Below, piece by piece: positions 37,338 to 46,714 of a stretch of 64,000 nucleotides of DNA. The DNA is from Macrostomum lignano (Eukaryota). The DNA lies in assembly GCA_002269645.1 (NCBI GenBank), contig NIVC01000731.1, forward strand, positions 124,001-188,000, read 5' to 3'. Every line of letters begins with the position of its first letter. Within the stretch, counting starts at the first letter, position 1. Both the position numbers and the translations under genes were made by a program. Below the pieces are notes generated by a model. It had not been told where the DNA came from, did not search any database, and saw only the letters and a program-made list of their open reading frames with translations.

Positions 37338-37840
37338 TTAGGGCCTAATTTAGCCTTTCGAACTTCTTGAACAGGCAAGTCGGGTTGCTATGCTGGCTGA
37401 TGATGTTGAAAAATCGAAAACAATTGACTATAGTCTAAAATACTTAATTTGGTCCAGTAGCACTAGCAGTAGTATAGCCGGACGGTCGTTTTAAAAGCAA
37501 TTTCGGAGAATTAATAAATTCATATAAAAATAGGTCGGATAGAAATTTTTACTTATATTTTTAAACAAAAAGAAAAATATTTCAGCATCGTTTTTCGTCA
37601 AAATATTTCTGGAATATAAAATTTTTATTTAAAGGTAAGCCATTGCAATAACTGTCGCGGTCAGTTTTGGCATTGTAAACTTTGAAATCTTTCAGCTTCG
37701 AGCCCTCGAGTTATCATCATCATGATGTGCACTTTGCGCGCGCCAGCTGGAACTCACCCGTCTCGCTAGCGAATCACTATCAGTGAATCACTAGAATCAG
37801 TATCACTTTCACTATCACTATCACTAGCGCCGCAAAAAGT
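37338..37840. promoter_or_regulatory. Probable bidirectional promoter between the DELE1-like and TOPAZ1-like genes
   Basis: The DELE1-like ATG at 37337 points left. A CpG-rich patch (37700-37830) is followed by a + strand donor AAAAA|GTATGT at about 37839. Inferred only. Confidence 0.4.
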
Positions 37841-38377
37841 ATGTCGGACAAATAATATTTTTTTACCATGGATCTATGGCAGGCATGCATGCGGGTGGCT
37901 TACATCAAATCTCTAAAGTCTAATTTAAAGTTTCGTAGGCCTATTGTACTTATTTACTAGGCCTAATGGTAGGCTAGCTTAATTCAAAGATTACAAAGAT
38001 TCGTACATTGTACTTTTCTGGAGTCAAAATGATTTAACGAACGAAACTTGACAATTGCCGAAGTTTTTAGCTCTATTTTGGGGAACAGGACATTTCGTCC
38101 GAATACTTTTTGTCTGGGTCTTTTCGTCCAGATGACTGAGATGAGACATTTCGTCCGAAGGGTACGACATTTCGTCCGACTCCGATACACAAATTTTAGT
38201 CTAATGACTCTAAGTAATCGATGGAAGTGTTTGGGTAAGGGTGCATTCGAGTGCGTAGCAGTGCATTGCTCACTAGTTAAGTTAAGTTCTCTAAGAAGGT
38301 GGCTGTATAGGTGCCAATTCAAATCGAAATCTAAACTCTAGTCGCTAGAGTCTAGGTCTAGTGACTGTAGGCCTACT

Positions 38378-40714
38378 CAGGGGCGCGTCCAGAGTTTTCA
38401 GGATGGGGGGGGCCTAGTTAGGGCCCAGTAAAAACTGAAGGGGCAATGCCAGCATCTTGAATTGAGTTTTTTAATTATTGTAAAAGCTAATTTTTACCGA
38501 AAAGTAAAAATGACATCCAAAAAAGATCTCGCAAAGAATGAATGCTATAGCTAAGTTGATTTAACTAACATTCTAAATGTTTTTTGCCCAAGAACACTTT
38601 TTAGGATTTGCAATTGGAAAATTTTTGAATAGAAAGCTAAACACAAATTCATTTAACTTTACAGTTTACTTTTCCTGGCAGATTCTCATCAAAAAAAACT
38701 CTGTTGGTTCATTTAATTATTGGCTAATCTCTGCAAAGTATATATTTTTACTGAGAGGAAAGGGGAGAGAGTAGGGAGGGATAAATAGGAGGAGAGAGTA
38801 GAGGTGAGAAGAGGGAGAGATGAGAGAGATGAGATGAGAGAGGAGAGAGTAGATAGGATGAAGTAGATAGGATAAAGGATAAAGAGAGGAGATAGAAAAG
38901 AGTAGAGATGAGAGAAGAGAGAAAAGATGGGAGAAAGTAGAGAGCAGATAGAAGAGAGTAGAGATGAGAGAGGAGAGAGTAGATAGGATAGAGTAGAAAG
39001 ATGAGAGTGGAGAAGGGAGAGATTAGAAAGGGTGGAGATAAGCAAGCAGAGAGAAGAGATGTTAAAAAGGATAGTACAGATTAGAGATCAGGGAGAGAGG
39101 AGATAGATAGGAGAGATGAGAAATGAGAGCAGAGAAGTAGAAAAAAGTGAGGAGAGAGAGAAGAGGAGGGAAGTTTTGAGAGATGGGAGAGTGAGAAGTG
39201 AGAAGAGGGGAGAGAGGAGAGAGTGGAGAGCAAAGAGAAATGAGAAGAGATAAGAGAGCAAGCAGATATAAAAGAAGAAATATGAGAGACGAAAGAGTAA
39301 AGTTAAGAGAAAAGAGATGAGGTGGTAGAGATGACAGGAGAAATAAGAAATGAGATATGAAAGAGAAGAGAGAAGAGAGTGGAGAGAGAAGTGAATAGAC
39401 AAGAGAAGAGAAGAGAGGAGAAAGGAAAGAGAGGAGTCAAAGACAGGAAATAAAAGAGTACAGGGGAAAGACATGAGAGAACATATAAGAGATTAAAGTT
39501 GACAGAAGAGAGAGAGGAGAACAGAGAACAGAGACGAGAGTAAACAGACAAGAGATGGGAGAGTAGAGAGAACAGAGGACAGAGAAGAGATTATGGAGAT
39601 GAGAGGAGAGAGTAGGGAGAAGAAAAATGTGTAAGAGCAGAGAAGAGATACAAAGGGAGAAAGAAGTGGAGTAAAGAGAGAAGAGGGGAGAGAATCGACA
39701 ACAGGTTAGAGAGGGGAGAGGAAAGAAGAGAATGGAGAGGGGAGAAAGTAGAGAGAAGAAAGATGGGGAGCGGAGAGCAGAGAGATAAGTAAGAGGAGAG
39801 AGGAGAGAGGAAATAAGAGAGAAGATTTGAGATGAGAGAGATGAGAGAGAAGAGAAGAGAGGAGAGAAAAGAGAGGAAAGGGAAGAGATGAGAGTAGAGG
39901 GGAAAGAGGAAAGAGGAGAGCAGAGAGAAAAAAGTGAGGAAAGAGGAGAGAGGAAAGAACAGGGAAGAGATGAGATGAGAGAAGAGAGAGGCAAGAAAAA
40001 AGAGAAATGTGAAGAGATAAGAGTGCAGAGATAAAAGAAGAGAAAGGAGGGATCAGAGAAAAGACGTGAGAGAAGAGAGGTAGGGGAAGAGACAAAAGAA
40101 GAGGGAGAGAGAAGAGAAGAAAGAGGAAAGAAGAGATGACAGGAGAGACGAAAGATGAGAGAAAAGAGAGGAAACAGAAGCAAAGATAGAAGTTTCAAAG
40201 GATCCGAGGGATGTACATGTAGAGAGAGGCAGAGATCAGAGTTTTCCTGACTTTTCCAATACATGTTTTAGATCGACATTGCCTGATATTCTGCACAGCA
40301 TCCTAGCCAACAAGATCAATGCTTGCCTCAAATCTTAATTTTACATGAATTTACTCCATTTTATGTTCATCTCCATCCTAACTATTAACAAGTTTTTGTT
40401 TGAGTATGACTTCAAATTCTAGAATATGTGCGAAAATAATTCCGGAGATTGGAATTCCATGGGTTCAAGATCCACAGGTTTCAACAACTTACAAGTGCTC
40501 GTATAAAAACTATTGTTTCTAAAATTAAAATTGCAAAAAAGAAAAAAAAAATGGTTTTTCAAACTATTTTTTGGAAAATCCAAAGTGAAAAAAACTGAAA
40601 GTGGGGGTGGGCCACAGGGGGGCCTGTGGCTTAATTGGGGGGGGCCACAGGGGGGGCCCATGGCTTAATTGGGGGGCCCAGGCCCCCCCTAGCCCCCCCT
40701 TGGACGCGCCACTG
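38378..40714. mobile_element. Non-autonomous hAT-type element, 2337 bp, carrying a GA-rich tract
   Basis: TIR CAGGGGCGCGTCCA / CAGTGGCGCGTCCA (13/14); 8-bp TSD GGCCTACT at 38370-38377 and 40715-40722. Confidence 0.9.
38750..40190. repeat. Degenerate GA-rich polypurine tract, about 1.4 kb
   Basis: Direct reading; almost all A/G on the + strand with no fixed period. Confidence 0.95.
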
Positions 40715-41620
40715 GGCCTACTATGTATAGGGGCTTAATTTCATAGGAAAACTTTGAATACTATACTTAATAGACACAGTTTCTTGATGAAGGCTACAGG
40801 ACATTTTGGCAAATTCAAAAAGGTAGGGCCTATACAAATGTAACAAAGTTAAAAATGACAGAGCAGAGGTAAAATTAACAAATTAAGGTAGAGTAGAGGT
40901 GGGGGAGAGTGGGCTTGGCAGTTGCATCATATCTAGTAGGATGGCAGAGTCCAGACCAGAGGCAGCCTATATTATAATATGCTATGTAACCTATATTAGG
41001 CCTATAGTCATATTATTTTTAAAACTTGCAACAGTTGCAAATTTAATTCATAACCATATAGGCCTATTCAATTAAAATTTAACCTAAAATTCTATTTTTT
41101 TAAGTTGATCTTCTTGACCTAACTTCCTAAGGCAAGCTAATTCAATGCAAAATTCAGTATATGAATTTCTGGATTGAATTTTATAATGAATCCCAAATTT
41201 AATCTTAAGGCTAAATTGAATTGGTTTAAGAGCCCAAGAAATTATGTATTAAAAAGAATTAAATCCTATATTAAATTCTACACTTTTAGACCTACTTAGT
41301 TTTAGGTCTATTTGCAACACATAAATTTTTGATAATGTGATTTTTTCAAAATGTGATTTTTTCTATATGTAACAAAAGTTATATTTTATTTTACTTTATG
41401 TAAAATAAAGTTTATATGACCATGAGTGCTTGATTTTTACATGAAAGTTGAATAATTGACCTTATTTTTAAAGATGTAGGCTTATTTTAAGTCAAAAGAA
41501 TTTCTATGTAAAGTCAAATAGTTTGTAAGATTTAATAGCTTATTTGAAAATAGTTTATAAATTTGATTCTTTAAGTCATTATTTCTACATTTTTTTAAGT
41601 CATGCTTGGGTGCAAACTAG

Positions 41621-41755
41621 GGATTCACCTGGCTATTTCTATTGGCAACATACACATGTAAGTTGCTATAAGACAGAATAAGTAGTCATGTGACTACTCT
41701 TGGCCAATAGTGACTTATATGTATGTGTTGCCAATTGAAATGGCCAGGTGATTCC
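41621..41755. mobile_element. Short foldback/MITE, about 135 bp
   Basis: About 40-bp imperfect inverted repeat TCACCTGGCTATTTCTATTGGCAACATAC... / ...GTGTTGCCAATTGAAATGGCCAGGTGA. Confidence 0.55.
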
Positions 41756-41949
41756 AAAGGTTGTGCATGTATATTTGAAGTACTTTTAATTCTAAACAAC
41801 ATTTCTGTTAGTGTCGTATAGCATTACACTTTTCATTCTTTCATCTTGTGTCACACATTTGGGCTATTTGTTATATGTCACTTATGGCTTATATGGGTGT
41901 CAGTTATATTGGCAAACAGACATTTTGGCAAAAGCCAAACTGATGTATC

Positions 41950-42241
41950 CATACATGCGCAACCTCCAAAATTTGGTTGGCCGTGCAACTTAGTTTCAAC
42001 AAAAATGCAACATAGTTTTTGGCCAAAAATGCAACTTACGTGTAAAAGAAACCCTAAAGCAAAATTAACATAACTTTGGGTAAACGGCAGGAGTAAATAT
42101 GACTGTCTTATTAAGGCAAAATGCCTCGTCATCTACCTAGTACTACTTGGTATTTATTCGGGCATTTTTGTGACTTACCTTGGTTGGCCACCAAATCGGT
42201 TGGCCAGATCGGCCGACTCGGCCGACTGTTGCGCATGTATG
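41950..42241. mobile_element. hAT-type MITE, 292 bp
   Basis: Perfect 14-bp TIR CATACATGCGCAAC; 8-bp TSD GATGTATC at 41942-41949 and 42242-42249. Confidence 0.9.
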
Positions 42242-42513
42242 GATGTATCAGAATTGAAATTGTAGCTCATACCTAGTACAAGCAAAAGTGTAATCTAAAA
42301 CCAATCTAGTCTCTATGCACTTTTCTCTTCTCTCTTATATTTTGTGAGAAAATGTCTAGAAAATTGGCACATTGAGAAAATACTGCTAGGACCCTGAAAA
42401 TAGAGATTTGTTAAATGCATATATCTGGGTGGTCCTCTGTGGTATTGTGCATTTATGGCTTCCCTTTTATTGCATGCACAGCCATGCTGAGCCGCCCTGT
42501 TTTGCTACTGCAG

Positions 42514-43627
42514 GCAAGCGACAGTCAGCACTGCGTCGATGACATCGACGCGATTTCAGTGTTCGCGGATGCTGACCTGCCCGACATCGATGCTGTGGAT
42601 GCGGAGGACGAGGCCGAGTATCCGCCCCCTACCGACTCCCCAGAAACCACTCTGTCCCCTGCGGCGCCCTCCGAGCTGGGCGTCTCATCGCCTCTTCTGC
42701 CGCCTCCTCAGCCCAGTGGGGTCCATCCTCCGTCAGCTCATTCGGGCTCCCACAGGCAGCTGCGCCAGTCCGCGCCAGCGCGAGCTTCAATGCTGAGATG
42801 CCACGCCGAAGCAGGCGGCAACAAAATTCAGAAGCGACCATCTTGGGGCAACTTCAATTGGCACCGCGTTTCGGGACCACCGCTGCCTAAACAGAGGTTC
42901 ATGCCACCCCCAAGGCCGCCTAATCAGTGGTCTGGTCCGCCCCCAGGACCGCCCAATCAGTGGTCTGGTCCGCCCCCAGGACCGCCTAATCAGTGGTCCG
43001 GTCCGCCCCCAGGACCGCCCAATCAGTGGTCTGGTCCGCCCCCAGGACCGCCCAATCAGTGGTCCGGTCCGCCCCCAGGACCGCCCAATCAGTGGTCTGG
43101 TCCGCCCCAGGACCGCCCAATCAGTGGTCCGGTCCGCCCCCAGGACCGCCTAATCAGTGGTCCGGTCCGCCCCCAGGACCGCCCAATCAGTGGTCCGGTC
43201 CGCCCTCAGGACCGCCTAATCAGTGGTCCGGTCCGCCCCCAGGACCGCCTAATCAGTGGTCCGGTCCGCCCCCAGGACCGCCTAATCAGTGGTCCGGTCC
43301 GCCCCCAGGACCGCCCAGTCAGCGGTCATCACAGCAGCCGTCCGGGCGCTCCAATTCGCTCCTGTCACGCTTGGGACCTCCGCCGCAGCCGTCGGCCCCG
43401 CCAGCATCCAGCCGCCGGGAGCTCCTTGCCGCACGGCTGGAACAGGCCGTCCGGTGCGGCGATTTCGCCCTGGCCGTACAACTGGCCACGTCTGAGGAGG
43501 CCGTGAAGCTGGAGATCCTGGCGGACAGCGGCCTGAACCGCCTGGCCGATCAGATTGCCCAGGCTCAGACTGGCAGCTTCGTCACCGCCATTCGGGCGCT
43601 CGGTCTTCTGCGGAAGCCCACACTCAA
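42514..43627 (+). CDS. TOPAZ1: TOPAZ1-like large N-terminal exon. Start codon uncertain (in-frame ATG at 42484, or an upstream exon near 37.8 kb). Contains a coding 33-bp repeat and a 1-nt frameshift at about 43105-43108
   Basis: ctactgcag| acceptor; the acidic/Pro-rich ORF (42415 frame) continues in the 42993 frame after a C4-for-C5 slip; donor AA|GTGAGA at 43628. Confidence 0.6.
42920..43320 (+). repeat. Coding 33-bp tandem repeat (PPPGPPNQWSG), about 12 copies
   Basis: Direct reading and translation. Confidence 0.93.
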
Positions 43628-43669
43628 GTGAGAGAGAGAGTTCTCAAGTTACTTGCCCTGAGTTCAGGT

Positions 43670-44227
43670 CCCCAGTCTGTCTCCAGTGTGACTTGTCCTG
43701 TCCGCAGTGTGACTTGTCCTGTCCTCAGTCAGTGTCTCCAGTGTGACTTGTCCTGAGTTCAGGTCCCCAGTCTGTCTCCAGTGTGACTTGTCCTGTCCTC
43801 AGTCAGTGTCTCCAGTGTGACTTGTCCTGTCCCCAGTCAGTGTCTCCAGTGTGACATGTCCTGTCCCCAGTGTGACTTGTCCTGTCCCCAGTCAGTGTCT
43901 CCAGTGTGACATGTCCTGTCCCCAGTCTGTCTCCAGTGTGACTTGTCCTGTCCGCAGTGTGACTTGTCCTGTCCTCAGTCAGTGTCTCCAGTGTGACTTG
44001 TCCTGTCCCCAGTCTGTTTCCAGTGTGACTTGTCCTGTCCCCAGTGTGACTTGTCCTGTCCTCAGTCAGTGTCTCCAGTGTGACTTGTCCTGTCCCCAGT
44101 CTGTCTCCAGTGTGACTTGTCCTGTCCCCAGTCTGTCTCCAGTGTGACTTGTCCTGTCCCCAGTCTGTCTCCAGTGTGACTTGTCCTGTCCCCAGTCTGT
44201 CTCCAGTGTGACTTGTCCTGTCCCCAG
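43670..44227. repeat. About 32-bp minisatellite CCAGTGTGACTTGTCCTGTCCCCAGTCTGTCT, TOPAZ1-like intron
   Basis: Direct reading. Confidence 0.93.
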
Positions 44228-44241
44228 TCTGCATGGATAAG

Positions 44242-44445
44242 CGCATGTCCCCGGCTCTACCTGCAATCACCCGAGCTCACCGCCCATCTCCGTCCCCAAT
44301 TCCGCAGCGACCTGGCCAAGCTGGAGTCGTGGGCCTCCCATTGCTCAGCAGAGGATCTGAAGGGCTGCGCTGACGCCGCTTTCGATTTGTTTTGCAAGCT
44401 GCTGCCGACCCACCTCAGCCGCGATTTGGTCAGCTCATTCTTTAG
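44242..44445 (+). CDS. TOPAZ1: TOPAZ1-like internal exon (acceptor position uncertain)
   Basis: ACPRLYLQSPELTAHLRPQFRSDLAKLESW...FDLFCKLLPTHLSRDLVSSFF; donor AG|GTAGC. The only phase-compatible acceptor found is the weak ataag| at 44241. Confidence 0.6.
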
Positions 44446-44562
44446 GTAGCCTGGGCTGCCCTGATGCCTCCGCAGTTTTCTATTTTACCTCTTTATCAGT
44501 TGTTTGCATGCTGAATTCTGATTAAGGTATTCTGAATTCCCTCGAGCTCCAGTCCAGTGAGA

Positions 44563-45300
44563 CTCGCTCTCAAACCCATCAAGAATCGCCCTCAAACCCA
44601 TCAAGAATCGCCCTCAAACCCATCCAGAATCGCCCTCAAACCCATCAAGAATCGCCCTCAAACCCATCCAGAATCGCCCTCAAACCCATCAAGAATCGCC
44701 CTCAAACCCATCCAGAATCGCCCTCAAACCCACCAAGAATCGCCCTCAAACCCATCAAGATTCGCCCTCAAACCCACCAAGAATCGCCCTCAAGCCCATC
44801 AAGAATCGCCCTCAAACCCATCAAGAATCGCCCTCAAACCCATCCAGAATCGCCCTCAAACCCATCAAGAATCGCCCTCAAACCCATCCAGAATCGCCCT
44901 CAAACCCATCCAGAATCGCCCTCAAACCCATCCAGAATCGCCCTCAAACCCATCAAGAATCGCCCTCAAACCCATCAAAAATCGCCCTCAAACCCATCAA
45001 AAATCGCCCTCAAACCCATCAAAAATCGCCCTCAAACCCATCAAAAATCGCCCTCAAACCCATCAAAAATCGCCCTCAAGCCCATCAAGAATCGCCCTCA
45101 AACCCATCCAGAATCGCCCTCAAACCCATCAAGAATCGCCCTCAAGCCCATCAAGAATCGCCCTCAAACCCATCCAGAATCGCCCTCAAACCCATCAAGA
45201 ATCGCCCTCAAACCCATCCAGAATCGCCCTCAAACCCATCCAGAATCGCCCTCAAACCCATCCAGAAGCGCCCTCAAGCCCATCCAGAATCGCCCTCAAA
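44563..45300. repeat. 22-bp minisatellite CCCTCAAACCCATCMAGAATCG, TOPAZ1-like intron
   Basis: Direct reading. Confidence 0.96.
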
Positions 45301-45323
45301 CGAAGTCCACCACCCAACCCCAG

Positions 45324-45516
45324 GTTTTTCCTGCCCCTGGAGAGCTGGGGGCACATCTGGGACGGCCTGATGCGCTTCGGCCACTCGGGCAACGTGACAG
45401 AGAAGACCTTCGCACAGTGCCTGGAGGCCGTTGCCGACGGCAGGGCTTCTGCGTATGGTGACTCTGCTGCTCAGCTCGTCAGCCTGATGGTGCCCGAGCT
45501 GCTGGCGAATAGCCAG
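45324..45516 (+). CDS. TOPAZ1: TOPAZ1-like internal exon
   Basis: accccag| phase 2 in; FFLPLESWGHIWDGLMRF...ELLANSQ; CAG|GTAGG phase 0 out. Confidence 0.75.
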
Positions 45517-45534
45517 GTAGGAATTGAACTTGAA

Positions 45535-45775
45535 TCCACCCCATCCCACCTGTACAGAATCAGCACCCCATCCCACCTGTACAGAATCAGCACCCCATCC
45601 CACCTGTACAGAATCAGCACCCCATCCCACCTGTACAGAATCAGCACCCCATCTCACCTGTACAGAATCAGCACCCCATCTCACCTGTACAGAATCAGCA
45701 CCCCATGCCACCTGTACAGAATCAGCACCCCATCCCACCTGCTCCGAATCAGCACCCCATCTTACCTGTACATCT
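45535..45775. repeat. 27-bp minisatellite CAGAATCAGCACCCCATCCCACCTGTA, TOPAZ1-like intron
   Basis: Direct reading. Confidence 0.95.
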
Positions 45776-45821
45776 ATCAGGATATCTCATTAGCATGCAT
45801 AAAAAATCCCACCTGTTCCAG

Positions 45822-45971
45822 TGGATCACCGCTGACCTCCTCGACCGCCTGTGGCTTGAACTGGCCCGGCAAGGCGACTCCAACAGCGCCCATCTGATCG
45901 GCAGCCAGCGGGCCGTGGTGTGCACCGGCCAGCAGCAGCGGGCGGCCTTTTTGACTAGATTGACGGATGCG
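45822..45971 (+). CDS. TOPAZ1: TOPAZ1-like internal exon
   Basis: tgttccag| acceptor; WITADLLDRLWLELARQGD...LTRLTDA; GCG|GTGAGT; phase 0 to 0. Confidence 0.75.
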
Positions 45972-46104
45972 GTGAGTGCGCTGACTTTAAGATGCCACTT
46001 GTGAATGACACTTGTCAGCTGAGTTTGCTGAGGGAGTCTCGGCTAAATGGCGCTACGAGTATCTGACTGAGAATCGCCCCTCAACAGTCGCCACACAATC
46101 CAAA

Positions 46105-46410
46105 AGAATCTCCCCACGTTAATCTCCCCACGTTAATCTCCTTACGTGAATCTCCCCACGTGAATCTCCCCAAGGTGAATCTCCCCACGTTAATCTCCTT
46201 ACGTGAATCTCCCCACGTGAATCTCCCCACGTTAATCTCCCAAAGTAAATCTCCCCACGTTAATCTCCCAAAGTAAATCTCCCCACGTTAATCTCCCAAA
46301 GTAAATCTCCCCACGTTAATCTCCCAAAGTAAATCTCCCCACGTTAATCTTCAAAAGTAAATCTCCCCACGTTAATCTCCCAAAGTAAATCTCCCCACGA
46401 GAATCGCCCC
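46105..46410. repeat. AATCTCCCCACGT-core minisatellite, TOPAZ1-like intron
   Basis: Direct reading. Confidence 0.9.
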
Positions 46411-46452
46411 ACGTGAATCGACCTCCAAGCTACCGCTCTGCTCCCCCGCCAG

Positions 46453-46633
46453 GTGTCGGAGATCATCCAGCGCGACTCCGGCGACTTCAAGCCTCTGTGC
46501 TGCATTCTGGACTCCTGCGGCGGCGCCTTGGACGAAACTGAAAGCCTGCAGGCTGCTCTGCTCGAGGCTCTGCTGGATTGCCAGCAACAGTCTCACCAGC
46601 TGGACCGGCTGTGCAGGGACTTCAAGCTCTATT
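46453..46633 (+). CDS. TOPAZ1: TOPAZ1-like internal exon
   Basis: cccgccag| acceptor; VSEIIQRDSGDFKPLCC...LCRDFKLY; T|GTGAGT; phase 0 to 1. Confidence 0.75.
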
Positions 46634-46714
46634 GTGAGTGATCAGGCTTTCTGTGTGCTGCGAGCATGAAGCTGCATAAAATTAATGTGAATGCCATTTT
46701 CATCAACCTCTACT

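Noticed and set aside
38713-40264. Leu/Ser/Phe-rich membrane-protein-like ORFs
   Set aside because: They are the reverse translation of the GA-rich tract.
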